Below, one piece after another: positions 28,978 through 38,969 of a stretch of 64,000 bases of DNA. The notes beneath the pieces were generated by a model. It saw only the letters and a list, made by a program, of their open reading frames with translations, was not told the origin of the DNA and did no database searches. Both the position numbers and the translations under genes were made by a program. Origin of the DNA: an uncultured Acidobacteriota bacterium (lineage in GTDB: Bacteria > Acidobacteriota > Thermoanaerobaculia > Gp7-AA8). How positions within the stretch are numbered: position 1 is the stretch's first letter; each line of letters starts with the position of its first letter. Where the stretch lies: positions 768,001-832,000 of the forward strand of contig CAWGHO010000003.1 in assembly GCA_963822445.1 (NCBI GenBank), read 5' to 3'.

Positions 28978-29029
28978 GGTACCGCCCGGTTCCGCCCTTC
29001 TGAATCGCGAACTTCGTGAGGGACCACGC

Positions 29030-29078
29030 GGCCGCTCAGCTGCGCGCCGCGAGGCGCGTCAGCTGCGGCGGTTTAGGC
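29030..29078 (-). repeat. Degenerate attC-like hairpin, left island edge
   Basis: Minus strand GCCTAAACCGCCGCAGCTGACGCGCCTCGCGGCGCGCAGCTGAGCGGCC; about 37/41 match to the reverse complement of 44490-44529. Confidence 0.55.
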
Positions 29079-29543
29079 CGTCGCGTCCCTCGCCTCCGGC
29101 CACGCCAGCGCCGCGAGAAACCCAGGAACCTCCCTCTCGAGCCACCACGAGTTCGCCGATGCAACATCCAGCAACTCCCTCGCAAGCACCGCATCGACGC
29201 TCTTCCCATCCCGCGCCGCCATCCGCTCCAACGCCACCACTTCCAACCGCGGGATCCGCACTTCCAGCTCTGTCAACCGCAGCAACTCCGGAATCGTCTC
29301 CGCGACATCTGCCCCAAGCGCCTCCTCGACGACCTCCTGAGACCAGAAGTCGATCCCGAACGACACCAGCTCCGACCACGGCACCGCGAGCCCCTCGTCG
29401 GTATCCACGCCTTCGAGCTCACCCGTCTCCATCCACCCGCGCACGTCACGGGCGTCCATGCCGAGCAGGATCGCCGCTTCGGTGATCGAGTAGGTGGGTT
29501 TGGGTTCGAGGAAAAGGCGGCGGATGGCGGAAGCGTCGGGCAT
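29073..29543 (-). CDS. Hypothetical DNA-binding protein (excisionase/MerR-like HTH)
   Basis: YSITEAAILLGMDARDVRGWMETGEL; AAGGAG SD. Confidence 0.75.
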   Translation of the reverse strand: MPDASAIRRLFLEPKPTYSITEAAILLGMDARDVRGWMETGELEGVDTDEGLAVPWSELVSFGIDFWSQEVVEEALGADVAETIPELLRLTELEVRIPRLEVVALERMAARDGKSVDAVLARELLDVASANSWWLEREVPGFLAALAWPEARDATA

Positions 29544-29583
29544 GAATGCGACTCCTTTGCGTGTCTTTCACGCGTGCAAGTGA

Positions 29584-29594
29584 TACTCATAGTA
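29584..29594. promoter_or_regulatory. Possible C-box-like operator
   Basis: Palindrome TACT-CAT-AGTA between the divergent HTH genes; resembles the GACTnnnAGTC boxes of R-M controller proteins. Confidence 0.3.
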
Positions 29595-29634
29595 GGTGGA
29601 GTGTTCGGCCCGCGCAAGTCCAAATGCGACACGA

Positions 29635-29877
29635 ATGCGCGACGAGATCCTCCGCCTCTTCGGCGAACGCCTCCGCGAGCTGCGTACGGGGCGAAATCTC
29701 TCCCAGGAGGCACTCGCCGAGCTGGCCGGTCTCGACCGGAACTACATCGGCCAGATCGAGCGCGCCGAGCGGAACGTGGCACTCGTGAACATCGTCAAGA
29801 TCGCGAAGGCACTCGAGATCGAGCCGGGTTCGTTGTTTCAGCCGTTTACGCAGCAGCGTCTCGCGAAACTCGGGTAA
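29635..29877 (+). CDS. XRE-family HTH regulator, R-M controller (C-protein)-like
   Basis: FGERLRELR..LSQEALAELAGLDRNYIGQIERAERNVALVNIVKIAKALEI. Confidence 0.88.
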   Translation: MRDEILRLFGERLRELRTGRNLSQEALAELAGLDRNYIGQIERAERNVALVNIVKIAKALEIEPGSLFQPFTQQRLAKLG

Positions 29878-30003
29878 TCCCGGGCAATCCGTCCGGGACT
29901 GAGCTCTCCGCCACACCACCGTTCGCGGAAAGTTGGTAATCTTCGCCCGGTCCATGCACCGCATTTCGTCATACGCGCTCCGCCGTCGCGGAGAGGAGAT
30001 CCA

Positions 30004-31551
30004 TTGCTCACGGGAGAGATCCGCAATCAGGTCGACGCCATCTGGAACACCTTCTGGTCGGGAGGCATCGCCAATCCGCTGGAAGTGATCGAGCAGATCA
30101 CCTATCTGCTGTTCATCCGCCGCCTCGACGACCTGCAGCTCAACGAGGAATCGAAGGCCGCGCGCCTCGGCACGCCGGTCGAGCGCCGGATCTTTCCGGC
30201 CGGGAACGACGGCCATCCGGCGAGCCCGCGGCCGTACGACGACTACCGCTGGTCGCGCTTCCGCCACTTCGAGGCAAAGGAAATGTACGACCTCGTCGCC
30301 GACCGCGTGTTCCCCTTCCTCCGCTCGATGGGCGGCGAAGGCTCGACCTACGCCCAGCACATGAAGGACGCCCGCTTCACGATCCCAAAGCCGGCCCTGC
30401 TGACCAAGGTCGTCGATCTGATCAGCAACCTTCCGATGGAGGAGCGCGACACGAAAGGCGACCTCTATGAGTACATGCTCGGCAAGATCGCCACGGCCGG
30501 GCAGAACGGGCAGTTCCGCACGCCGCGCCACATCATCCGGCTGATGGTGGAGATGGTCGCGCCGACGCCCGGCGACGTCGTGTGCGATCCCGCCTGTGGC
30601 ACGGCGGGCTTTCTCGTCGCGGTGGGCGAGTACCTGCGCGAACGCCATCCGGAGCTCTTCCGCGACGACAAGAAGCGCCGGCACTTCCACGAGGAGCTCT
30701 TTCACGGTTTCGACTTCGACAGCACCATGCTGCGTATCGGCAGCATGAACATGCTCCTGCACGGCGTGGAACACCCCGACCTGACCTATCGCGATTCCCT
30801 CTCCCAGGATCACGCCGGCGAGGAGGAAAAGTACACGCTCGTCCTGGCCAATCCGCCGTTCGCAGGCTCGCTCGACTACGAAGGGACGGCCAAGGACCTG
30901 TTGGCGATTGTGAAGACGAAGAAGACCGAGCTGCTCTTCCTGGCCCTTTTCCTGAAACTCCTCAAGCCCGGCGGCCGCGCGGCGGTGATCGTGCCCGAGG
31001 GCGTGCTGTTCGGCTCGAGCAAGGCCCACAAGGAGCTGCGGCGGATGCTGGTCGAGGATCAGAAGCTCGACGCCGTGATCTCGCTCCCGAGCGGTGTCTT
31101 CAAGCCGTACGCGGGCGTGTCCACGGCCATCCTGCTCTTCACCAAGACCAATTCCGGCGGAACGGATGCGGTGTGGTTCTACGACGTCGACGCCGACGGC
31201 TGGAGCCTCGACGACAAGCGCACGCCGCTTCTAGCCGAGGAGAAACTCGGCGCCATTCCGAAGGCGCCCCTGTACGAAGACGAGCACGCGAAGAACAACC
31301 TCCCCGACGTCCTTGCGCGCTGGCGCGAACGCGACGGTGCGGAGCGCGAGCGGCCCCGCACCGCGCAGAGCTTCAGCGTGCCGAAGGGGGAAATCGTTGC
31401 GCAAGGCTACGACCTCTCAGTCAATCGATACGAAGAAGTGGTGCACGAGGAGATCAACCATCGCCCGCCGAAGGAGATCCTCGCCGAGTTGACGACTATC
31501 GAGGCGGAGATTCAGCAGGCGATGCGTGAGTTGGAGGAAATGCTGGCGTGA
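30004..31551 (+). CDS. hsdM: Type I R-M methyltransferase subunit
   Basis: GQFRTPRH, DPACGTAGFL, ANPPF, PEGVLFG. Confidence 0.97.
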   Translation: MLTGEIRNQVDAIWNTFWSGGIANPLEVIEQITYLLFIRRLDDLQLNEESKAARLGTPVERRIFPAGNDGHPASPRPYDDYRWSRFRHFEAKEMYDLVADRVFPFLRSMGGEGSTYAQHMKDARFTIPKPALLTKVVDLISNLPMEERDTKGDLYEYMLGKIATAGQNGQFRTPRHIIRLMVEMVAPTPGDVVCDPACGTAGFLVAVGEYLRERHPELFRDDKKRRHFHEELFHGFDFDSTMLRIGSMNMLLHGVEHPDLTYRDSLSQDHAGEEEKYTLVLANPPFAGSLDYEGTAKDLLAIVKTKKTELLFLALFLKLLKPGGRAAVIVPEGVLFGSSKAHKELRRMLVEDQKLDAVISLPSGVFKPYAGVSTAILLFTKTNSGGTDAVWFYDVDADGWSLDDKRTPLLAEEKLGAIPKAPLYEDEHAKNNLPDVLARWRERDGAERERPRTAQSFSVPKGEIVAQGYDLSVNRYEEVVHEEINHRPPKEILAELTTIEAEIQQAMRELEEMLA

Positions 31552-32699
31552 GCGGAGAGTTTGCCGAGTTGGGGTCGCTAGCCGACTTTGTAAATGGGGC
31601 CGCGTTTACACCTGATGATTGGTCCGAGGACGGTAAGCGCATTATCCGCATCCAGAACCTTACCGACGCTGGCAAACCATTCAATCGAACAACTCGCGAA
31701 GTTCCTGCGCGGTTGCATGTTCAACCGGGTGATCTTCTAGTTTCTTGGTCGGCTTCACTCGGCGTGTTTGAGTGGGCAGGACCTGACGTTGCGCTCCTCA
31801 ATCAGCATATCTTTCGGGTTCTCCCGAATGAGCGAAAGGTTGACAAGCGATATTTACGACACGGGCTTGAGCGCGCACTCCGCGAGATGCAGCGGCACCT
31901 TCACGGCGCAACCATGCAACACGTGAATCGTGGCGAGTTTTTGTCGACCAGACTATTCACGCCGCCTCTCGCCGAGCAGCGGCGGATTGCGGAGATCCTT
32001 GACAAGGCGGACGCACTGCGGGCCAAGCGCCGCACGGCCCTCGCCCAACTCGACAACCTCGCCCAGTCGATCTTTGTTACCATGTTCGGCGACCCCAGTA
32101 CCAATCCGCAAGGCTATCCAACGATAGTCCTCGCAGCTATCGTTCGCGAAGACGATGCAATCAACTATGGTGTGGTTCAGCCTGGTGATGAGGTAGACGA
32201 CGGAGTCCCTCTGATTCGCGTAAGTGATTTGGCCGGTGGGACAATCAACCATTCGGCAGTGAAGCACATTTCACCGACAATCGAGGTTGCGTATAGGCGC
32301 TCTCGCCTCCGAGGCGACGAGATTCTAGTTAGCTGTGTCGGGACGATTGGGATCGTCGCGCTCGCCGATGAGACCGTGCGGGGCTTTAATATCGCCAGAG
32401 CAGTCGCACGTATTCCACTGAATGATGCTGTAGATAGGATTTTTGTTGCCTCGTATCTCAGGACTACTGCTGTTCAACGCTATTTCACAAGTGAGCTTCG
32501 CACGGTGAGTCAACCGACACTGAACATTAAGCAATTATCGGAAACGCAGGTCTTCTTGCCTCCGTTGCAGTTGCAGCGCGAGTATGCTCGCCGTATTAAA
32601 GCGGCGGAAGCTGTGAGCGCGTCTGAACAAACAGCACTGATGCAGTGCGACGCTCTCTTCGCATCTCTACAGCACCGAGCGTTTCTGGGGCGGCTCTGA
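31548..32699 (+). CDS. hsdS: Type I R-M specificity subunit
   Basis: Two TRDs with conserved PPLAEQRRIAEILDKAD and LPPLQLQ...LFASLQHRAF regions; lower GC. Confidence 0.95.
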   Translation: MSGEFAELGSLADFVNGAAFTPDDWSEDGKRIIRIQNLTDAGKPFNRTTREVPARLHVQPGDLLVSWSASLGVFEWAGPDVALLNQHIFRVLPNERKVDKRYLRHGLERALREMQRHLHGATMQHVNRGEFLSTRLFTPPLAEQRRIAEILDKADALRAKRRTALAQLDNLAQSIFVTMFGDPSTNPQGYPTIVLAAIVREDDAINYGVVQPGDEVDDGVPLIRVSDLAGGTINHSAVKHISPTIEVAYRRSRLRGDEILVSCVGTIGIVALADETVRGFNIARAVARIPLNDAVDRIFVASYLRTTAVQRYFTSELRTVSQPTLNIKQLSETQVFLPPLQLQREYARRIKAAEAVSASEQTALMQCDALFASLQHRAFLGRL

Positions 32700-32700
32700 A

Positions 32701-33633
32701 ATGTCCGGCAGGCTTCAGGACGCTTGGCAGTTTGTCTGGGCTGAGATTTGGGAACCCCTTGAGGAATCGGAGGGATGGGAGCAGCTTGCCGGTGAGTCAG
32801 GGTACACGCCAGACGAGCTGTACGTCGACTTGTATCTTGCGCTCGTAAAGGCTACGAGAAAGGCTCCTCAACCGCCGGTATACGATGCCACGGCAAACGA
32901 TCCACGTCTCGCGCGCGACACGCTACGAACGACACGGGCAGAGAAGATGAGAAGCGAGACTGCTACTGCGCGATTCTTCGAAAGTGCTGCTGAAGTAATC
33001 GCGGAGTCGGGTAATGTGACGCTGTTTACTGATTACCGCAATCTCGTGGACAAGTTTTTGACATCTCGAAACCTGCGTTACGAACTGCTCGACCCGTTCG
33101 AGCTTCGATCTCACCTTCCAGGCGTGTTTGAGGCGTTAATGACAGACGTCACTGATGCGACTAATCGGCATCCGCAGGTGCGGCAGGCGCTGTCCGACTT
33201 CTCGCATGCGTTTCGATCCTTGCAGCGCACGCACGTGGAAGTAGACATGAAGACTTGCATCCACAAGGCAGCGATGTTGGCTGAAGCTTTGGCGAGCCTG
33301 CAGCCGGAAGCGCGGGGCAATAACTTCGGTGTAGTCTGCGACAGTCTCACCTGCTGGCCGAACTTGCTCGTCCGAGAGTCGGTTAAGAAACTTTATGAGT
33401 TCTCCTCCGACTTCCCTGGCGTCCGGCACAACATCGTGAAAAGGAAGGCGCCGCGAGAGCTTGAACTCAGAGACTCCATGATCGTTCCGCTCTTGCTTCT
33501 GACTGCGTCGGGTTATTTTGGTGGAAACAGCGAACTCCTCGACACGCTCGGTAGCCAATTGGCCGACCCGCCGCAGGAGCCTCCAGACCCGCCTGAGATA
33601 TCTCAGGGCGCCGCGGAAGTCTCGCTGCCCTAA
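32701..33633 (+). CDS. Hypothetical protein, AbiJ/HEPN-like C-terminus
   Basis: Helical; KTCIHKAAMLAEAL ... KKLYEFSSDFPGVRH resembles the 'KLYGYTSD..GIRH' segment of AbiJ-type proteins. Confidence 0.6.
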   Translation: MSGRLQDAWQFVWAEIWEPLEESEGWEQLAGESGYTPDELYVDLYLALVKATRKAPQPPVYDATANDPRLARDTLRTTRAEKMRSETATARFFESAAEVIAESGNVTLFTDYRNLVDKFLTSRNLRYELLDPFELRSHLPGVFEALMTDVTDATNRHPQVRQALSDFSHAFRSLQRTHVEVDMKTCIHKAAMLAEALASLQPEARGNNFGVVCDSLTCWPNLLVRESVKKLYEFSSDFPGVRHNIVKRKAPRELELRDSMIVPLLLLTASGYFGGNSELLDTLGSQLADPPQEPPDPPEISQGAAEVSLP

Positions 33634-33685
33634 GAGCGAAGCGCGCGGCCCATGGAGGGCGTCGACGAAAAAGATCCTTTCGGGC

Positions 33686-34354
33686 TCACGCCGCTTCGTA
33701 GCGGAGTGCTTCTTCGATTTCCGCCACGGGGCGATCGTAGTCCTCCGCCAGGTAGGTGATCGAGTCGCCGGCCTTCCAGCGCTCGTGCAGCACGGCCGTC
33801 GGAATCGACGTGCCGGCGATGACTGGCCTGCCAAAGGAAACCGGATCGATCGCGACGAGGCGAGGAGCATCATCGAGGCTCGGCCGCGTGAAGGGGTACA
33901 GACGGATCGCACCGCCGGCACCGTTCTCCACCCGCGACAGATACATCTCCAAGGCTGCGCGGATGCCGAGCTGACCGCCACGCGATGCATCGACCAGGAG
34001 GCCGTGACGGTCGGCGTACAAGTCCCGATTCAGCACCGCCAGCTCGAGTTGTGCGAGCGGGTGCGTGAGCTTCGGATACTGCCAACGCGGTTCTTCGACA
34101 GCGACCCGTACCCGCTGGAACGACATCCGATGCTCCTCGCGCAGTCCCTTCAGAACGAACGCTTCGACCAGATTCCAGAACGACATCTGCTCCGCGTTGC
34201 CGTCAGGCAGGAGCAGTGCCCCCTCCCGAAACCAGGAGCCGAGCGTGGAGACATTCAACCCGAGGTAGTGAGCCGCCTCGACAAGCGGATACGCCGGCAA
34301 CGATCTCGGATCGGCACCCTGGTAAATATCCTTCGTCTTCGTGATCCGGGTGAT
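33686..34354 (-). pseudogene. DUF433-domain (VapB45-like) antitoxin, probably decaying
   Basis: PAYPLVEAAHYL, SFWNLVEAFVL, DPVSFGRPVIAGTSIPT, LAEDYD..EIEEALRYE; strong AAAGGAGG SD is followed by ATC rather than ATG. Confidence 0.7.
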
Positions 34355-34527
34355 GGCGGCTGCCTCCTTTCCGACGATAACACGCTGCCTGAGGAGCGGG
34401 CTTCCCGCCTCCGCTGCAGCCAAGTGAGAGTTGCCCATCCGCAAGGCTGGCTATCATATGCAGCGTCCCCACGTCCATGTAACAGCGAGGCGCATCACAT
34501 GTCGGCTTCGGAAGGATACGCACAGGA

Positions 34528-37500
34528 TTGAGCCAGTTCTCCTTCGTGGCGCACGAGTGGCCGGAGATCTTCGACGCTGCCGTGCGCGCCGAGGACACCG
34601 CGCGACCCGACCCTCGGACGTCGTGCTTCTATGCGCGGCGGGCGCTGGAGCTGGCCGTCGTCTGGCTCTACAAACACGACCCGGCTCTGAAGCTGCCGTA
34701 TCAGGAGCAGCTCGCGGCACTGATCCACGATCCGACCTTCAAACAAAGCGTTGGTCCGGCGCTTTTTGCCAAAGCGCGTCTCATCAAAGACCTCGGCAAT
34801 CTCGCGGCTCACAGCCCCAAACCGCTGCAGGAAAAGGATTCGCTACGGGCCACCGAAGACCTTTTCCATTTCGTGTTCTGGATGGCCCGCACGTATGGGC
34901 GTGGATCAGTGCCACCCGATGCGGTCTCGTTCAATGTCTCGATGCTTCCGGGCGAAGCGGTGTCGCCACAGAGCGTCGCCCAGATTCAGAAGCTGGAAAG
35001 CGACCTCGCTGCACGAGACGAGAAGCTGTACGAGCTGGTCGCCGACCGGCAAAACATCGACGCCGAGTTGCAGCGCCTCCGTGACGAGATCGCGGCGGTC
35101 AAGGCGGCGAATAGTGCTCGGCCCGACACGCACGATTACTCCGAGGCGGAGACACGCGACTATTTCATCGATCTGCTGCTGAAGGAGGCGGGATGGTCGC
35201 TGAACGGTCCGCACGACGTCGAGCTCGAAGTTAGCGGAATGCCGACCAGGGATGGGAGGGACGACGGCACCGGCTTCGTCGACTACGTCCTGTGGGGCGA
35301 CGACGGCAAACCTCTGGGCCTGGTTGAGGCCAAGCGGACCCGCAAGGACTCACGAATCGGCCAGCAACAGGCGAAGCTCTACGCCGACTGTCTGGAGAAA
35401 CGTTATGGCCAGCGACCGGTGATCTTCACGTCGAACGGCTACGAGCACTGGATCTGGGACGATGTTTCGTATCCGCCTCGGCCGGTGCAGGGTTTCTACA
35501 AGAAAGACGAGCTGGAGCTGCTGATCCAGCGGCGCACGACGCGCAGGCCGCTCGCCACGGCGGACATCAACGAGGCGATCGTGGAGCGCTACTACCAGAC
35601 CCGGGCGATCCGCAAGATCACCGAGGCGTTCGAAGGCGACAACGACCGGAAGGCGCTGCTGGTGATGGCCACCGGCGCCGGCAAGACCCGCACGGTCATC
35701 GCCCTTTGCGATGTCCTGATGCGCTGCAACTGGGTCAAGCGGGTGCTCTTTCTCGCCGACCGAAAGGCGCTCGTGCGTCAGGCGGTGAGGGCGTTCGCGA
35801 AACACCTTCCCAGCTCTTCGCCGGTGAACCTGGTCACCGAAAAAGAAACCGAGGGACGGGTGTTCGTGTCGACGTATCCCACGATGATGGGGCTGATCGA
35901 CGAGACCCAGGATGGTCTCCGCCGTTTCGGCCCTGGTCATTTCGACCTAATCGTGATCGACGAGGCGCACCGGTCTGTCTACAAGAAATACGGCGCCATC
36001 TTCGAGTACTTCGACTCGCTGCTTGTCGGCCTGACCGCTACGCCCAAAGACGAAGTCGATCGCGACACCTACAAGCTGTTCGACCTCGAGCGCGGTGTGC
36101 CGACCGATGCCTATGATCTGGCGACGGCGGTCGCGGACCGTGTGCTGGTTCCCGCGAAGCCGGTCGCCGTGCCGATCAAATTCGTGCAGCAGGGCATCAC
36201 CTACAACGACCTGCCCGAAGAAGAGAAAGAGCTGTGGGATGAGATCGAGTGGGACGAGAGCGGCCAGGTGCCGGCTCGCGTGGAAGCGGGAGCGATCAAC
36301 CAGTGGCTGATGAATGAGGACACGGTCGACAAGGTGCTCGCGCACCTGATGACGCGCGGGGTCAAGGTGGCCGGCGGCGACCGCCTCGGCAAGACGATCG
36401 TCTTCGCCAAGAACCACGCTCATGCGCTCTATATCGCCGAACGTTTCGACGTGAACTATCCGCAGTTCAAGGGAGAGTTCGCGCGCGTGATCGACAACCA
36501 CATCACGTATGCGGAGTCGCTCATCGCCGAGTTCGAGAAACCGTCGAAAGCGCCGCACATTGCCATCTCCGTCGACATGCTCGACACCGGGATCGACATC
36601 CCGGAAGTCGTGAACCTGGTTTTCTTCAAGATCGTCCGATCGAAGACGAAGTTCTGGCAGATGGTCGGGCGCGGGACGCGGCTCTCCCCCGATCTGCTTG
36701 GGCCTGGGCAGGACAAGGAGTTCTTCTCCCTCTTCGACTACTGCGACAACCTCGCATTCTTCGGGGCGAATGCTGAAGGCATCGAGAGCAAGGCTGCCGA
36801 CTCGCTCAGTACGAGGCTGTTCAAGTACCGGCTGGAGCTGGTGGAGGAGCTCGACCGGCGTTTCCATCAGCATGGTTTCGAGCCGGCGTCGGACGAAGTA
36901 GCAGATGCTGCGGAGCCGTATGAAGGATTTCTCGCTGAGTATCGTCTGCGGCTGGATGTCACGGGCCGCCTGCGCACTGAGATCGAGGCGATGAACGTCG
37001 ACAACTTCGTCGTCCGGCCGCAGCGGCGCCTGGTGGAGAAATGGCGCGGCATCGATGCGTGGAAGAACCTCACCAGCGCTGACCTGGAACAGCTCGCGCA
37101 CGGACTGGCGTCGCTGCCCAACGAGCTCCCGAGCGAAGAGGAGGAGGCGAAGCGCTTCGACTCGCTCTTGCTTCGCCTTCAACTCGCGCGGCTGCAAGGG
37201 GACCATCGCTTCGTCAGGCTGGCCGAGCAACTGCGCAAGATCGCCGGGCTGCTGGAGGAGAAGAAGAACATCCCCATGATCCGGGCCGAGCTGCCGCTCA
37301 TCCTCGAGCTGCAGAGCGACGAGTGGTGGCGGGACACGACCGTGGCGATGTTCGAGAACGTCCGCAAGCGCCTCCGTTCGCTGGTTTGCCTGATCGAGAA
37401 GAAGGACCGTCGCGTCATCTACACCGACTTCGAGGACGAGATGGGGGAGGAGGTCGAGGTAGACCTGGTGCCGTTTGCGTCCACGGTCGATGTCGAGCGC

Positions 37501-37959
37501 GTTCGGGCAAAAGCGCGGCAATATCTTCGCTCGCGCGAAGACGACCTGGTACTGCGCAAAGTCCGGATGAACAAACCGCTGACCGAGGGTGATCTCGCGG
37601 AACTGGAGCGAATTCTTCTGGAGAGTGGGGCCGGATCTGCCGAAGAGATCCGGCGAGTCGCCGAGGCGAGTCACGGCTTCGGCCTTTTCGTGCGATCTCT
37701 GGTGGGCCTGGATCGAGGTGCGGCGAAAGAGGCATTCGCTGTATTTCTCAGCGGAAAGACACTCACCGCCAATCAGATCGAGTTCGTGAACATGATCGTC
37801 GATCATCTCACCGAGAACGGCGCGATGGATCCCGCCCTGCTGTATTCATCGCCGTACACAGACTTCAGTCCACGCGGAGTGGATGGTGTCTTCGGGGCGC
37901 CCGATGCCGCGCAGATCGTATCGATCCTGCGATCGGTGTCGGAAACGGCAGCAGCCTGA
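34528..37959 (+). CDS. hsdR: Type I R-M restriction subunit (DUF4145 N-terminus, EcoEI-type C-terminus)
   Basis: VDYVL..VEAKR, MATGAGKT, IDEAHRS, LTATP, MLDTGID, QMVGRGTR. Confidence 0.97.
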   Translation: MSQFSFVAHEWPEIFDAAVRAEDTARPDPRTSCFYARRALELAVVWLYKHDPALKLPYQEQLAALIHDPTFKQSVGPALFAKARLIKDLGNLAAHSPKPLQEKDSLRATEDLFHFVFWMARTYGRGSVPPDAVSFNVSMLPGEAVSPQSVAQIQKLESDLAARDEKLYELVADRQNIDAELQRLRDEIAAVKAANSARPDTHDYSEAETRDYFIDLLLKEAGWSLNGPHDVELEVSGMPTRDGRDDGTGFVDYVLWGDDGKPLGLVEAKRTRKDSRIGQQQAKLYADCLEKRYGQRPVIFTSNGYEHWIWDDVSYPPRPVQGFYKKDELELLIQRRTTRRPLATADINEAIVERYYQTRAIRKITEAFEGDNDRKALLVMATGAGKTRTVIALCDVLMRCNWVKRVLFLADRKALVRQAVRAFAKHLPSSSPVNLVTEKETEGRVFVSTYPTMMGLIDETQDGLRRFGPGHFDLIVIDEAHRSVYKKYGAIFEYFDSLLVGLTATPKDEVDRDTYKLFDLERGVPTDAYDLATAVADRVLVPAKPVAVPIKFVQQGITYNDLPEEEKELWDEIEWDESGQVPARVEAGAINQWLMNEDTVDKVLAHLMTRGVKVAGGDRLGKTIVFAKNHAHALYIAERFDVNYPQFKGEFARVIDNHITYAESLIAEFEKPSKAPHIAISVDMLDTGIDIPEVVNLVFFKIVRSKTKFWQMVGRGTRLSPDLLGPGQDKEFFSLFDYCDNLAFFGANAEGIESKAADSLSTRLFKYRLELVEELDRRFHQHGFEPASDEVADAAEPYEGFLAEYRLRLDVTGRLRTEIEAMNVDNFVVRPQRRLVEKWRGIDAWKNLTSADLEQLAHGLASLPNELPSEEEEAKRFDSLLLRLQLARLQGDHRFVRLAEQLRKIAGLLEEKKNIPMIRAELPLILELQSDEWWRDTTVAMFENVRKRLRSLVCLIEKKDRRVIYTDFEDEMGEEVEVDLVPFASTVDVERVRAKARQYLRSREDDLVLRKVRMNKPLTEGDLAELERILLESGAGSAEEIRRVAEASHGFGLFVRSLVGLDRGAAKEAFAVFLSGKTLTANQIEFVNMIVDHLTENGAMDPALLYSSPYTDFSPRGVDGVFGAPDAAQIVSILRSVSETAAA

Positions 37960-38037
37960 GTGCGGCGTTTCCACACGCCGTAGAACTTTGGGTCTTCTTG
38001 TGCGATCCGAGGGAACCTCGGTTTTGTGCAGGATCAC

Positions 38038-38706
38038 GTGAGCATCGCCGACATGCCCGTTGACGAACGCCCGCGCGAGAGGATGGCGCGTGGCGGTGCG
38101 GTGGCGCTGTCGGATGCGGAGCTCGTCGCACTGCTCATCGAGCCGGGGCGCCGCGGCAAGAGCTCTCTAGACATTGCCCGGGAAGTTGTCGCCGATGGGC
38201 TTCTTGCAGTGGCGCGGCGAGATTGGATACCCGGCAAGGCCGTCGGCAGCCTCGGTGCAAGCCGAGTCGCGCGAATCGGGGCGGCACTCGAGCTCGGCCG
38301 GCGAATCGCCGCGCTATCAGTTACCGGCGCGGAACCCGTTCGCGATGTCGCGGTACTCGCGCAGCGACTCATCGCGCGATATGCCCATCGTGTTCAGGAA
38401 ACATTTGGCGCGATCTACCTCGACGCGCGCCACCGCATCTTGAGTGAGCGCGAGATTTACGTCGGGACACTTACGTCCGCCAGCGTTTCGCCGCGCGACG
38501 TGTTCCGGTGGGCACTGCACGACAACGCCGCGGCGGTGATCGTCTTTCACAATCATCCGTCCGGTGATCCCTCGCCATCACCGCAGGACCTTGTCTTCAC
38601 CGCGAGACTTGTCGAGATCGGGCGAGCGTTGGGTGTCGACGTACCGGACCACATCATCGTGGCGGGAAGTGCGTTCCTCTCGTTCAAGCAGCGCAATCTG
38701 ATGTGA
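38038..38706 (+). CDS. radC: RadC/UPF0758 JAB-domain protein
   Basis: ERPRERM, LSDAELVALL, ALELGRR, HNHPSGDPSPSPQD, DHII. Confidence 0.93.
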   Translation: MSIADMPVDERPRERMARGGAVALSDAELVALLIEPGRRGKSSLDIAREVVADGLLAVARRDWIPGKAVGSLGASRVARIGAALELGRRIAALSVTGAEPVRDVAVLAQRLIARYAHRVQETFGAIYLDARHRILSEREIYVGTLTSASVSPRDVFRWALHDNAAAVIVFHNHPSGDPSPSPQDLVFTARLVEIGRALGVDVPDHIIVAGSAFLSFKQRNLM

Positions 38707-38768
38707 ATGCTCCTGGTCATCGCCCCACTTTTTGAGGGCGACCGTGTCGTTACTAGAGGAGGAACGCA

Positions 38769-38969
38769 ATGAATCGCTATTACGTGAACAAGAACGCCCA
38801 GTCCAACGGAGACCATGAGGTGCATCGCGACGGCTGTTCCTACATGCCGTCCAGTCGTATCGATCTCGGACTCTTCAACAATTGTCAGGACGCGGTGCGT
38901 GAGGCGAAGAAGCACTATTCACAAGTGAATGGTTGTGCGTACTGCGCCGCAACATGTCACACGCAGTAA
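38769..38969 (+). CDS. Small Cys/His-rich hypothetical protein
   Basis: GAGGAGG SD; YYVNKNAQSNGDHEVH..C ... NGCAYC...CH. Confidence 0.8.
   Translation: MNRYYVNKNAQSNGDHEVHRDGCSYMPSSRIDLGLFNNCQDAVREAKKHYSQVNGCAYCAATCHTQ

Noticed and set aside
28194-29027. Long N-terminal extension of the aminopeptidase (762-aa ORF)
   Set aside because: The frame runs through REP elements and the antisense of the 28311 gene; the peptidase has its own SD and signal peptide near 28193
31548-32699. Phase-variable hsdS shufflon
   Set aside because: Single hsdS, with no silent TRD copies or recombinase seen
38038-38706. RadC JAB domain acting with the MoaD-like Ubl as a Bil/CBASS-type conjugation system
   Set aside because: About 24 kb apart, no E1/E2 genes, and the protein is a standard full-length RadC
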